The notes: generated by a model not told the origin, from the letters alone. A stretch of 24,000 nucleotides of DNA from Culicoidibacterales bacterium (GCA_051649665.1 JBOFHN010000072.1:932-24931); one strand, 5' to 3'. Counted from the first letter of the stretch, positions 7,224 to 15,335 are shown. A program made the numbers and translations.

Positions 7224-9377
7224 TTAAAATATATGCGCTTTTTCTAGTTCTTCTTCAAATCTTCGAACTGGCTCTTCTAAACGTTTATGTGTCAAGAAGA
7301 AAAGGAGCATCATAAAGATAGGAATACTTGCAATAACAATAGTATCGCGAATGAAAACAGAAACAACAATTCCACCGATTGTTTCATGCAAAAGACTTAC
7401 AGCGTAAGTAAACGGCATGAACGTATGAATGTTTTGAAATACTTGTGGCATCATCTCAATTGGGAATGTTCCACCAGCACTTACAAGTTGTAAAACAAGC
7501 AGAACAATTCCTAGTCCTTTTCCGACATCCCCAAACAAATATGTCAATGTATAGACTATGGTAGAAAATGATACGCCAATAAAAATACTTGCTAGAACAA
7601 AGGCGAGTGATGATGTTGGTGTCAGTCCAAAGAAGAGTAACAATCCCCCAGAAACGATAAATGCTTGCGGAATGATAACGGTTAAAAAGACCATGTATCT
7701 CCCTAAGAAGAAAATTACACCGTGTTTCTCTTTGCGTTTATCATGAACTTTCATGATGGAAACGAGTACAAGCGCTCCAACCCAAAGCGATAACGTCACA
7801 TAAAACGGCGTCATCCCCGCTCCATAATTTTGACTTGGATACCAGCGAACTTCTTCAAGTGAAATCGGTTGATTTAAGAATTGAGCTACCGCCGTTGGAT
7901 TAACTGCCAGCATTGCGATAACTTCGTCAATTTTTTGACCATCAGAATATGGTTTAAGTAGTGTTGCTCCATGTTTGAGTTGCAACTGCCATTCTGGAAT
8001 TTTCGTTTGAATATCTTTTCCAATTTCAACGGCTTTGTTCAAACCTTCTTCTTTTGAAATAACATACATATTCATTGTATCGATAATATTTTTATATTTA
8101 ATCAATGTTTCAGAAATAATGTTAAAGACATCATTAATACCTGTTGTTGATATTGATGAGAGAGAATTGAATAAGGTATTAAAACTTCCAAACAACGCAC
8201 TCGCTTGTTGGCGATCCGCATTAAGTGTCGATACAACATTTACAATTGTTGCTGATGTTTTCCCAGCTGCGATGTCTGCTTGGACTTGATTTAAAGGAAT
8301 AAGCACCCGCGCAATATCATTGCTTAAACTTGTTAATTTTGACAATAAGTTTGAAAATGTTTTCCCACCCGTCAATTGATTCAATACATTGACAAGCGAT
8401 ATACTTCGATCAATCTCTGCTTTTAAAAATGACACTTCTGATATTACATTGGAAATTGTTTGTAATGCTAATGGTTGATTCGTTGTCACTAATCCATTTA
8501 ATGAATTTAATTCACGAATGATCGTTTGCACTTTCCCATCAACATTCGTACTAATTGATGATACATTCGATTGAATCGTTTGTATAGCTGCATTCATTTG
8601 ATTAACTGTCTTCTGCATATCTGGGATTTTAGCTTGTAATGTTTCAATTTTTTTCGATGAATCAGCTAAAGTCTCTTTAATTGTCGGTACTGCTTTTTGA
8701 AAAAGTTCAGCATCAGTAATCACTTGATTGAATTTTTGCGTTAATTCTGGCATTTTTTCATCAAGTGTAATGAGGTTATTAATTCCTGATACGATTGCAT
8801 CACGGCTTTCTTTTAATTTTTCACCACCGTACGCAATATCTTGAAAAAGTACCGTATTGAATGTTGATCGAATTTCACTTTCGATTTGCTCTTGAAGCGT
8901 TACTGCTCCATGACTCGTAATCTTCGGAGCAATCGCATTGATTTTATCATTATAATTATAGATAATCGTTCCTTGTTTTGGATTCCCTGTAGATAGAGTA
9001 GACACACTTTCACTCAATCCTTCTGGAAATTCAATTGATGCGTAATATTCACCATTACGAATACCGTTATCTGCCTTTTCTTTATCGACAAATTGCCAAC
9101 CTAAATCTTTATTTTCTCTCAGCTCTTTAATTGCTGATTCACCAATATTGACGTTAGCTCCTTTAATAACCGCTCCTTTGTCAAGATTAACAATTGCAAT
9201 TTTAAGTTGGTTCGTGTGTGAATACGGATCCCACGACCCGGCGATATTGAACCATGCATAAAGTGATGGGACAAGTGTGAGTAAAATAAAAAGAATCTTG
9301 GCTTTATTTGATTTCCCAATACTTTTCATATCATCGGCATATTGTTCGCCTATTTTTTTCAATGTTGTTTTTAGCAT
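7224..9377 (-). CDS. YhgE/Pip-domain membrane protein (phage infection protein-like)
   Basis: About 717 aa. N-terminal TM (ILFILLTLVPSLYAWFNIAGSWDPY), a long extracellular helical or coiled region, and a C-terminal cluster of 5 TM helices. This is the characteristic YhgE/Pip/EsaA-like architecture. Start trimmed to MLKTTLKK (ATG 9375-9377) with SD AAGGAGG. Confidence 0.85.
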   Translation of the reverse strand: MLKTTLKKIGEQYADDMKSIGKSNKAKILFILLTLVPSLYAWFNIAGSWDPYSHTNQLKIAIVNLDKGAVIKGANVNIGESAIKELRENKDLGWQFVDKEKADNGIRNGEYYASIEFPEGLSESVSTLSTGNPKQGTIIYNYNDKINAIAPKITSHGAVTLQEQIESEIRSTFNTVLFQDIAYGGEKLKESRDAIVSGINNLITLDEKMPELTQKFNQVITDAELFQKAVPTIKETLADSSKKIETLQAKIPDMQKTVNQMNAAIQTIQSNVSSISTNVDGKVQTIIRELNSLNGLVTTNQPLALQTISNVISEVSFLKAEIDRSISLVNVLNQLTGGKTFSNLLSKLTSLSNDIARVLIPLNQVQADIAAGKTSATIVNVVSTLNADRQQASALFGSFNTLFNSLSSISTTGINDVFNIISETLIKYKNIIDTMNMYVISKEEGLNKAVEIGKDIQTKIPEWQLQLKHGATLLKPYSDGQKIDEVIAMLAVNPTAVAQFLNQPISLEEVRWYPSQNYGAGMTPFYVTLSLWVGALVLVSIMKVHDKRKEKHGVIFFLGRYMVFLTVIIPQAFIVSGGLLLFFGLTPTSSLAFVLASIFIGVSFSTIVYTLTYLFGDVGKGLGIVLLVLQLVSAGGTFPIEMMPQVFQNIHTFMPFTYAVSLLHETIGGIVVSVFIRDTIVIASIPIFMMLLFFLTHKRLEEPVRRFEEELEKAHIF

Positions 9378-9407
9378 ATTGTATTTCCTCCTTGTTGCTA
9401 TATTTTT

Positions 9408-9441
9408 GCACACAACAAAGAGACGATAAACCTATCGTCTC
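9408..9441 (-). terminator. Intrinsic terminator after the alpha-glucosidase gene, which is also the 5' hairpin of the yhgE leader
   Basis: Minus strand GAGACGATA-ggtt-TATCGTCTC (9420-9441) followed by TTTGTTGTGTG. Confidence 0.6.
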
Positions 9442-9471
9442 ACGTACAACTATTATAGCATAAACTGAAAT

Positions 9472-11202
9472 CTATTGGAAAGTTTTTTGCCTTAAAACAA
9501 CACAACTATAAGCAGAAAGTGTATTTCCTATTGTTTGAGCACACTCATCATCATTAGTGAGAATGACATCAAACGTAGTATCTGTAAGTACTGGCATTGT
9601 TTTTTCATTTGCTGATGTGTTACAAATAACAATTGCCTTTTCATTTTCCCACTCGCGTTTATACACATAAATATCTGCATCTTTTACATCTATATATGTA
9701 CACGTTCCATAGATGAATAAATCTTCTTCTTGTTTTAAGCGAATAATCTCACGATAATAATTTAAAATCGATTGCGGATCATTCATCTGTGATTCTACAT
9801 TCCACTCTGTAAAATCCGCATTCAATTCAATCCACGGTGTTCCTGTTGTAAATCCACCATTGGCATCACTTGACCACTGCATCGGTGTTCTACTTCCATC
9901 TCGACTCCCTGTTGCAAGCAATTGCATCGCTTCTTCTTGTGTTTTACCAAAATCTAAAAACTGTTGATAATAGTGACTCACCTCGGTATCACGATATGAG
10001 GACACATCTTTAAACTGCGGTGATGTCATTCCGATTTCCTCACCTTGAAGCATAAATGGCATTCCCCATTGAAGATACATCATCGTTGCAAGCATCTTCG
10101 CACTTTTGATACGGAATTCTGATGTCGAAATATCGCCAAAACGCCCTACCATTCGTGGCATATCATGATTATTTAAAAAGAGTGTTGTCCAACCTTTCCC
10201 GTATAATCCTTCTGTCCATTCCTTCATGATTCCTTGCATTTCCATGAAGTCTGGGTTTTTCTTCATCCATTTCCCACCAATGCGCGGATCTGTGTCGTTA
10301 TCTGCATCAATTCCAGAATGATGAAAATGAATGATCGCATTCAACTCTCCTCTTGTTGGATCCGTGTATCGTAATCCCTCTGCTACATTCGCAGAAGCGG
10401 CTTCACCGACAGTAAACACATCCGATTGTAAAAATGTATTCGCCGCTGTCTCTTGAACGAACTCATGCACTCCTGGGAGATTGGCATAATTGCCATGGTC
10501 TGCAATTACAAACGGTTTATTATCTGGATTTGGTGCATCTTGCCAATTTTTATTTCGCTTAATATGAGGAATGGCATCAACACGGAAACCATCAATTCCT
10601 TTATCAAGCCAATAATTAATTGCTTCAAATAAACTTTTTCGCATTTCATCATTATCCCAGTTTAAATCTGGCATTTTCGTACTAAAAATATGCATGTAGT
10701 ACTGGTTCGTTTCCTCGCTATACGTCCAACATGACGTCCCAAAAAACGACCCCCAATTTGTCGGTGCACTTCCATCAGCTTTTGGATCTGCCCAAATATA
10801 ATAATCACGTTTCGGATTATCTTTTGACTGTTTTGCTTCAATAAACCAAGCATGTTCATCACTTGTATGATTCAAAACAAGATCCATCACAATTTTGATA
10901 CCGCGTTTATGGGCCTCATCTAAGAGTTCATCATAATCCGACATCGTTCCAAATTCATCCATGATATCATAAAAATCACTGACATCATACCCGTTATCAT
11001 CATTAGGTGATTGATAAACTGGATTCAGCCAAATCATTTTAATCCCTAAATAAGCAAGATAATCCAGTTTAGCTGTAATCCCTTTTAAATCTCCAATACC
11101 ATCTCCATTTGTGTCACAAAAACTTCTTGGATAAACTTGATAAACGACTTGTTTTTGCCACCACTTTTTAGGAAACTCATGCATCATTTGTTCATTCATC
11201 AT
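9472..11202 (-). CDS. GH13 alpha-glucosidase (oligo-1,6-glucosidase / GH13_31-like)
   Basis: 576 aa. N-terminal WWQKQVVYQVYPRSFCDTNGDGIGDLKGI. GH13 regions VMDLVLNHTSDEH, GIDGFRVDAIPHI, TVGEA and FLNNHDMPR are all canonical. Confidence 0.9.
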   Translation of the reverse strand: MMNEQMMHEFPKKWWQKQVVYQVYPRSFCDTNGDGIGDLKGITAKLDYLAYLGIKMIWLNPVYQSPNDDNGYDVSDFYDIMDEFGTMSDYDELLDEAHKRGIKIVMDLVLNHTSDEHAWFIEAKQSKDNPKRDYYIWADPKADGSAPTNWGSFFGTSCWTYSEETNQYYMHIFSTKMPDLNWDNDEMRKSLFEAINYWLDKGIDGFRVDAIPHIKRNKNWQDAPNPDNKPFVIADHGNYANLPGVHEFVQETAANTFLQSDVFTVGEAASANVAEGLRYTDPTRGELNAIIHFHHSGIDADNDTDPRIGGKWMKKNPDFMEMQGIMKEWTEGLYGKGWTTLFLNNHDMPRMVGRFGDISTSEFRIKSAKMLATMMYLQWGMPFMLQGEEIGMTSPQFKDVSSYRDTEVSHYYQQFLDFGKTQEEAMQLLATGSRDGSRTPMQWSSDANGGFTTGTPWIELNADFTEWNVESQMNDPQSILNYYREIIRLKQEEDLFIYGTCTYIDVKDADIYVYKREWENEKAIVICNTSANEKTMPVLTDTTFDVILTNDDECAQTIGNTLSAYSCVVLRQKTFQ

Positions 11203-11216
11203 CTCATTCTCCTTCG

Positions 11217-12050
11217 CTATTTCACAATATATTTCTGACTTGATTCTGCAATATCAAACCACGCTTCAAGCGGTAGTTCAAATCGCTCTAACTCTAAAAT
11301 CACATCAAGTCTCTCTTTTTTTGTCGTCCCTAAAATAATTGACGTTTCTACTGGAAGTTTATGAATAAACGCATAAATAATCGCTTCTACTGAAACTTGA
11401 AATTGTGTTGCATATTTTTCAAGTGTTTTTAAAAGTGGTGACTCTTCGAACACTTTCCCACCAGCAAGCGGACTCCAAATTTGAGCACCGAGTTTATGTG
11501 TTTGTAAATACGTCAATACATTATTGTCATAATGTTCATAGCAAAGTGGTGAAAATTCAATTTGATTTGTCGTCACTTCTGCATATTGATTCAGAGCAAT
11601 TATTTCTTCCATATTAAAATTCGAAACACCGATTTGTTTTACAACACCTTCATTTTGAAGCTGTGTTAACGTTTTTCCGATAATTGCATAGTTCATCAAA
11701 GGAGATGGACGGTGTAAAAGTAAATATTCAAGTTGATCCACACCAAATTCGTGGCACATTTTTTCAACAGCAGCTTTAATATAGTCACTACTATAATCAT
11801 AATGCTTAAACATCGTTCCTACTTGTTTGTCACTTCGGATCCCAGTTTTACCGATGATTTTATAATGACTGGCCAATGTTGTGTCATGTTTCAATACACG
11901 ACCGAGAAATCCATTCATTTCATAACCACCATAAATGTCGGCAGTATCTAAATATTCAATCCCCATATCTCTTCCTTTTTGTAACAATTCAAGAGCACTT
12001 TGCTCATTTTCCATATCTAATCTCATCGTTCCTAAAATAAATTGATTCAT
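11217..12050 (-). CDS. Aldo/keto reductase family oxidoreductase
   Basis: 277 aa. AKR catalytic context DTADIYGG (Asp/Tyr), a Lys in GKTGIR, and LLLHRP (His). SD GTGAGGTG upstream. The stop is 14 nt from the glucosidase start, so they form an operon. Confidence 0.85.
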   Translation of the reverse strand: MNQFILGTMRLDMENEQSALELLQKGRDMGIEYLDTADIYGGYEMNGFLGRVLKHDTTLASHYKIIGKTGIRSDKQVGTMFKHYDYSSDYIKAAVEKMCHEFGVDQLEYLLLHRPSPLMNYAIIGKTLTQLQNEGVVKQIGVSNFNMEEIIALNQYAEVTTNQIEFSPLCYEHYDNNVLTYLQTHKLGAQIWSPLAGGKVFEESPLLKTLEKYATQFQVSVEAIIYAFIHKLPVETSIILGTTKKERLDVILELERFELPLEAWFDIAESSQKYIVK

Positions 12051-12071
12051 TTATTCATCACCTCACTTATC

Positions 12072-12100
12072 ATTATATCTAAATCACTTTACACATGCAA
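12072..12100 (-). promoter_or_regulatory. Sigma-A-type promoter for the AKR/alpha-glucosidase operon
   Basis: Minus strand TTGCAT (12095-12100), 17-nt spacer, TATAAT (12072-12077). Confidence 0.65.
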
Positions 12101-12116
12101 TTGATAACGTTATCAA
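12101..12116. promoter_or_regulatory. cre-type (CcpA/LacI-family) operator, perfect 16-bp palindrome
   Basis: TTGATAACGTTATCAA is a perfect palindrome. Its core TGATAACGTTATCA fits the cre consensus TGWNANCGNTNWCA. It abuts the -35 of the minus-strand promoter and lies 15 nt upstream of the plus-strand -35. Confidence 0.7.
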
Positions 12117-12130
12117 AATCACTTTTATTA

Positions 12131-12159
12131 TTGTGGATTTTACAAGAACAAGGTATAAT
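12131..12159 (+). promoter_or_regulatory. Sigma-A-type promoter for the large GH13 gene
   Basis: TTGTGG (12131-12136), 17-nt spacer, TATAAT (12154-12159). Confidence 0.5.
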
Positions 12160-12192
12160 TTAACTATATCATTAATACTTAGGAGGATGCTT

Positions 12193-14256
12193 ATGGCTCA
12201 CATAAACTCAAAACTACAACGCGTATACGATGGACTTATTGCACAATCAAAACAAAAAGCACCCGCGTTTGTACCAAATTATTGGTTACTCCATCGCTTA
12301 CCACTTCAAACTGCTCAGGAGATTGAAATCGACTTATACGATGAACTCATTCAATATATTTCAACACTCCTCACAGAGGCGGACCCAAACACTGACTTCA
12401 CTCAGCCACTTTCTCAAATTACAGAGGAATCTGATTGGTTGAAAAAAGCATCTGTTTATTCAGCGATGATTCGAACTTCTGCATCTTGGGATCATAACCA
12501 TGATGGTACTCTCGATAAAGTTGCTCACTCGCCAATTACAGAAACAGGAACATTCCTTAAAACATTACTCTTATTACCACTTTTACAATACATCGGAATC
12601 AACACATTATATTTATTACCAATCAACAAAATGAGTACACTCGATAAAAAAGGAGACTTCGGTTCACCTTATGCCGTGTCTAACTTCTTTAAACTCGATG
12701 AAACACTCAAAGATAGTCTAACAGGAAAAACAACAACAGTTGAAGATGAATTTGGAGCACTTTGTGAAGCTGCCCACATTCTTGGAATTCGCATCGTTAT
12801 CGATTTTGTTCCTAGAACAAATGCACTTGATTCGGACTTCATTCTCAATCACCCAGATTGGTTTTATTGGATTGATGTAAACGAAGCTGACGGATACTTC
12901 CCACCAGCCGTTCCTGAATTATTCAACGTTGAACCCGGAGAAACTGTACATACACCTACAAATAGTAACCTCCCTTATGTTTATGCAGAAGAACAAGTTA
13001 AAAAACACATTCAAAAATTCCGTTTTGCGCCAAATGTTACCGATGCAAAAAGATGGAAAGAATTCCGTAAGGCTTATTTCAAAAAACCAAAACAAAATAT
13101 TATCAAAGCAATTGAACAAGAATTCGGTGTTACCGTTGCCAAAGCATTTTCTGATGGAATCAACGATCCACAACCACCATGGAGTGATGTTACTTTCTTT
13201 AGAATGTATTTAGATCATACAGAAGAAAGTAAAAAATATCTTGAAAACCTTGATACGCCACCTTATATCCTATTTGATATTATCAAATCAAATATGCACA
13301 AAGGAAATATTCCAAATAGTGGTCTTTGGCGTAAACTCGCTGATATCGCACCTCACTTCCAACGTGAATTTGGAATCGATGGAGCGCGTATTGATATGGG
13401 ACACGCTCTACCAAGTGAACTTGTATCTATGATTTTAGAAAACGCTCGTGAAATTGATCCACATTTCGTTTTCATCGCTGAGGAACTCCACGCGAAAAAT
13501 GCACAACCAGCAAAAGAAGCGGGATATGATATGATCATCGGTGATAACTTCATCAACCTTCCTCGTATTAGCCTTTCTGAAAAAACAAATTACTACAACG
13601 ATAATGCAGCACTTCCGATTCCTGTCTTTGCATGTGTTGAAACACATGATACACCACGTGTAGCTGGACGCTTTGGTAATGACTATGAAAACAAAATGAT
13701 GAGTCGCTTGATTTCAACACTTAATATGTTCTCACCAAATGCTATTCCGTTCATCAATTCGGGTCAAGAACTTTTCGAACCACAACCAATGAACACTGGT
13801 CTTGATAGCCATCCTGGAGATGAATTTAAATACCTCCCAACAAATGATCCATACTATGGAAAGCTTGCACTTTTCGATAAATATGCACTTCATTGGTTAA
13901 ATGAAACAAGCAGTGAAAACATCAAACTCTACCATGAACTTGCTCGTATTCGTTCGACATACATCGATACATTATCTGACGTACACCAATATCGTTATTC
14001 TCACCTTGATTTCTTACCTCAACGATTCGTCGAAATGACATATGAATTAAAAACACCAAGTGAGTTTACACACATTGCAATCTTTGCCAATGTATCACTT
14101 TATGATCATGTTGATTTCCCACTTCTCCATACGTCAGAAGCGATGACAATTCTCTCTTCTGCTACGCCAAATCATACACAACCATTTGATGGATATCACG
14201 GAAAAATGATTCACGTTGCACCTCTTGAAGCAAAAGTAGTGCTCTTAAAGAAGTAA
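12193..14256 (+). CDS. Alpha-amylase-superfamily (GH13) enzyme with non-canonical motifs, possibly transferase-type
   Basis: About 687 aa. Start trimmed to MAHINSKLQ (ATG 12193), 6 nt after AGGAGG. GH13 regions are recognisable but atypical: I = VIDFVPRT, II = GIDGARIDMGHALP, III = FIAEEL, IV = VETHDTPR. Confidence 0.8.
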   Translation: MAHINSKLQRVYDGLIAQSKQKAPAFVPNYWLLHRLPLQTAQEIEIDLYDELIQYISTLLTEADPNTDFTQPLSQITEESDWLKKASVYSAMIRTSASWDHNHDGTLDKVAHSPITETGTFLKTLLLLPLLQYIGINTLYLLPINKMSTLDKKGDFGSPYAVSNFFKLDETLKDSLTGKTTTVEDEFGALCEAAHILGIRIVIDFVPRTNALDSDFILNHPDWFYWIDVNEADGYFPPAVPELFNVEPGETVHTPTNSNLPYVYAEEQVKKHIQKFRFAPNVTDAKRWKEFRKAYFKKPKQNIIKAIEQEFGVTVAKAFSDGINDPQPPWSDVTFFRMYLDHTEESKKYLENLDTPPYILFDIIKSNMHKGNIPNSGLWRKLADIAPHFQREFGIDGARIDMGHALPSELVSMILENAREIDPHFVFIAEELHAKNAQPAKEAGYDMIIGDNFINLPRISLSEKTNYYNDNAALPIPVFACVETHDTPRVAGRFGNDYENKMMSRLISTLNMFSPNAIPFINSGQELFEPQPMNTGLDSHPGDEFKYLPTNDPYYGKLALFDKYALHWLNETSSENIKLYHELARIRSTYIDTLSDVHQYRYSHLDFLPQRFVEMTYELKTPSEFTHIAIFANVSLYDHVDFPLLHTSEAMTILSSATPNHTQPFDGYHGKMIHVAPLEAKVVLLKK

Positions 14257-14363
14257 TTTAATGTAAAATAATAGTGATAAACATACCTCTATAACAATAA
14301 AATATTGTGTGTTCAATCTTTCACATATACTTATGTTTCTTTCGAATTTTTTTTACAAAAAAC

Positions 14364-14392
14364 TTGCATTTTCTATTTTGAAATGCTATACT
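14364..14392 (+). promoter_or_regulatory. Strong sigma-A-type promoter with extended -10 (drives the candidate small RNA)
   Basis: TTGCAT (14364-14369), 17-nt spacer, TGcTATACT (14384-14392). Confidence 0.6.
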
Positions 14393-14396
14393 AATT

Positions 14397-14524
14397 ATGC
14401 GGAAGCAATTCCGCAAACAACCAATTACCCCTCATATTGGATGTTTTCATTTTCTTCTTTTTTCTCTTTTAATAAATTTTTCCTTTTTCCTAGACGACAC
14501 TACCCCTTAGTGTCGTCTTTTTTA
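14397..14524 (+). ncRNA. Candidate about 125-nt structured small RNA; alternatives are a leaderless 37-codon ORF or a cis attenuator
   Basis: Bounded by the promoter above and an intrinsic terminator. 5' hairpin GCGGAA-GCAA-TTCCGC (14399-14414, GNRA loop). Second hairpin AAACAaCCAAT/ATTGGaTGTTT (14415-14446) with loop TACCCCTCAT. About 45 nt of U/C-rich linker. The terminator loop is CCCCT. I recognise no match to a known RNA family. Confidence 0.35.
14492..14524 (+). terminator. Intrinsic terminator
   Basis: AGACGACACTA-cccct-TAGTGTCGTCT (11-bp perfect stem) followed by TTTTTT. Confidence 0.8.
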
Positions 14525-14538
14525 TATTTACAATAAAC

Positions 14539-14567
14539 TTGCATTCATGTTATTATTTATATACATT
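14539..14567 (+). promoter_or_regulatory. Possible promoter for the repeat-tail membrane protein gene
   Basis: TTGCAT (14539-14544), 17-nt spacer, TACATT (14562-14567). The -35 context duplicates that of the upstream promoter. The -10 is weak. Confidence 0.35.
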
Positions 14568-14591
14568 ATATTTTTCAAAGGAGATCATTAA

Positions 14592-15335
14592 ATGAATTCA
14601 AATACCCATTTAAAAACAAATATTTCTGCACTTTCAACAGCTAGAGGACTTCTTCTCGCTTCAGCAATTATCTCAACCATCTTCGCCGTTCCAGGTCTTG
14701 GTTGGGTTTTGAGCATTTTACTTCAAATTCCAATGATAGCTTTCTTTGTATTGGCAATTATTACACTTATATTCGCTAAAAAAGCGAATGTATCAATCGC
14801 AGGATCTATTATTTCAATCATTGCAAATATTCTATCATTCATATCTTATGGAATACTCCTTGCAACTTCATCTTATCCTCGCCTTTCGCCAGCATTCGAA
14901 ACACTCTCAAGCATCTATCTCCTTGTCGGTGTGATTACTTGGATTATTTTCATCGCTTCAGCCATTGTACTATTCTTTGAATTCTTCAATGCGCAAAAGA
15001 AACTCACTGAAGCAAAAGAACAATTGATTACACAGCCACAGCAAATGTCAACACCAAAGACTAGTCCTATTATTGTTCAACCTGAACAAATTCAGCAACA
15101 AACACAAACTAATCCCTTTACTGTTCAACTCGAACAAACTCAACAGCAAACACAAATCAACCCCTTTACTGTTCAGCCCGAACAAACTCAACAGCAAACA
15201 CAAGCCAACCCTTTTACTATTCAACCCGAACAAACTCAACAACAAACAAAGACTAATCCTTTTACTGTTCAACCTGAACAAACTCAACAGCAAACTCAAG
15301 CTAATCCTTTTATTAAAGATTCATCTGAGCAATAG
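14592..15335 (+). CDS. Hypothetical 4-TM membrane protein with a C-terminal Q/NPF-rich tandem-repeat tail
   Basis: SD AAAGGAG lies 8 nt upstream of the ATG. Four hydrophobic helices fall within residues about 20-135. Positive residues (AKKAN, NAQKKLTEAK) suggest N-in/C-in topology. The tail contains five 16-aa repeats. I recognise no family. Confidence 0.75.
   Translation: MNSNTHLKTNISALSTARGLLLASAIISTIFAVPGLGWVLSILLQIPMIAFFVLAIITLIFAKKANVSIAGSIISIIANILSFISYGILLATSSYPRLSPAFETLSSIYLLVGVITWIIFIASAIVLFFEFFNAQKKLTEAKEQLITQPQQMSTPKTSPIIVQPEQIQQQTQTNPFTVQLEQTQQQTQINPFTVQPEQTQQQTQANPFTIQPEQTQQQTKTNPFTVQPEQTQQQTQANPFIKDSSEQ
15078..15314 (+). repeat. In-frame 48-bp tandem repeat, about 4.9 copies
   Basis: Units start at 15078, 15126, 15174, 15222 and 15270. 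They encode Q-[PL]-E-Q-[IT]-Q-Q-Q-T-[QK]-x-N-P-F-[TI]-[VI]. Copies also differ at synonymous positions (cct/ccc, caa/cag, act/acc-type changes). Confidence 0.9.

Noticed and set aside
12133-12192. N-terminal extension of the large GH13 ORF from a TTG/GTG-type start
   Set aside because: It overlaps the predicted promoter. AGGAGG at 12181-12186 is optimally spaced for ATG 12193.
14309-14536. 75-aa plus-strand ORF across the 14257-14591 gap
   Set aside because: It starts upstream of the promoter and reads through the -35, the -10 and the terminator. It has no SD and a Phe/Ser-rich composition typical of translated T-rich non-coding DNA.
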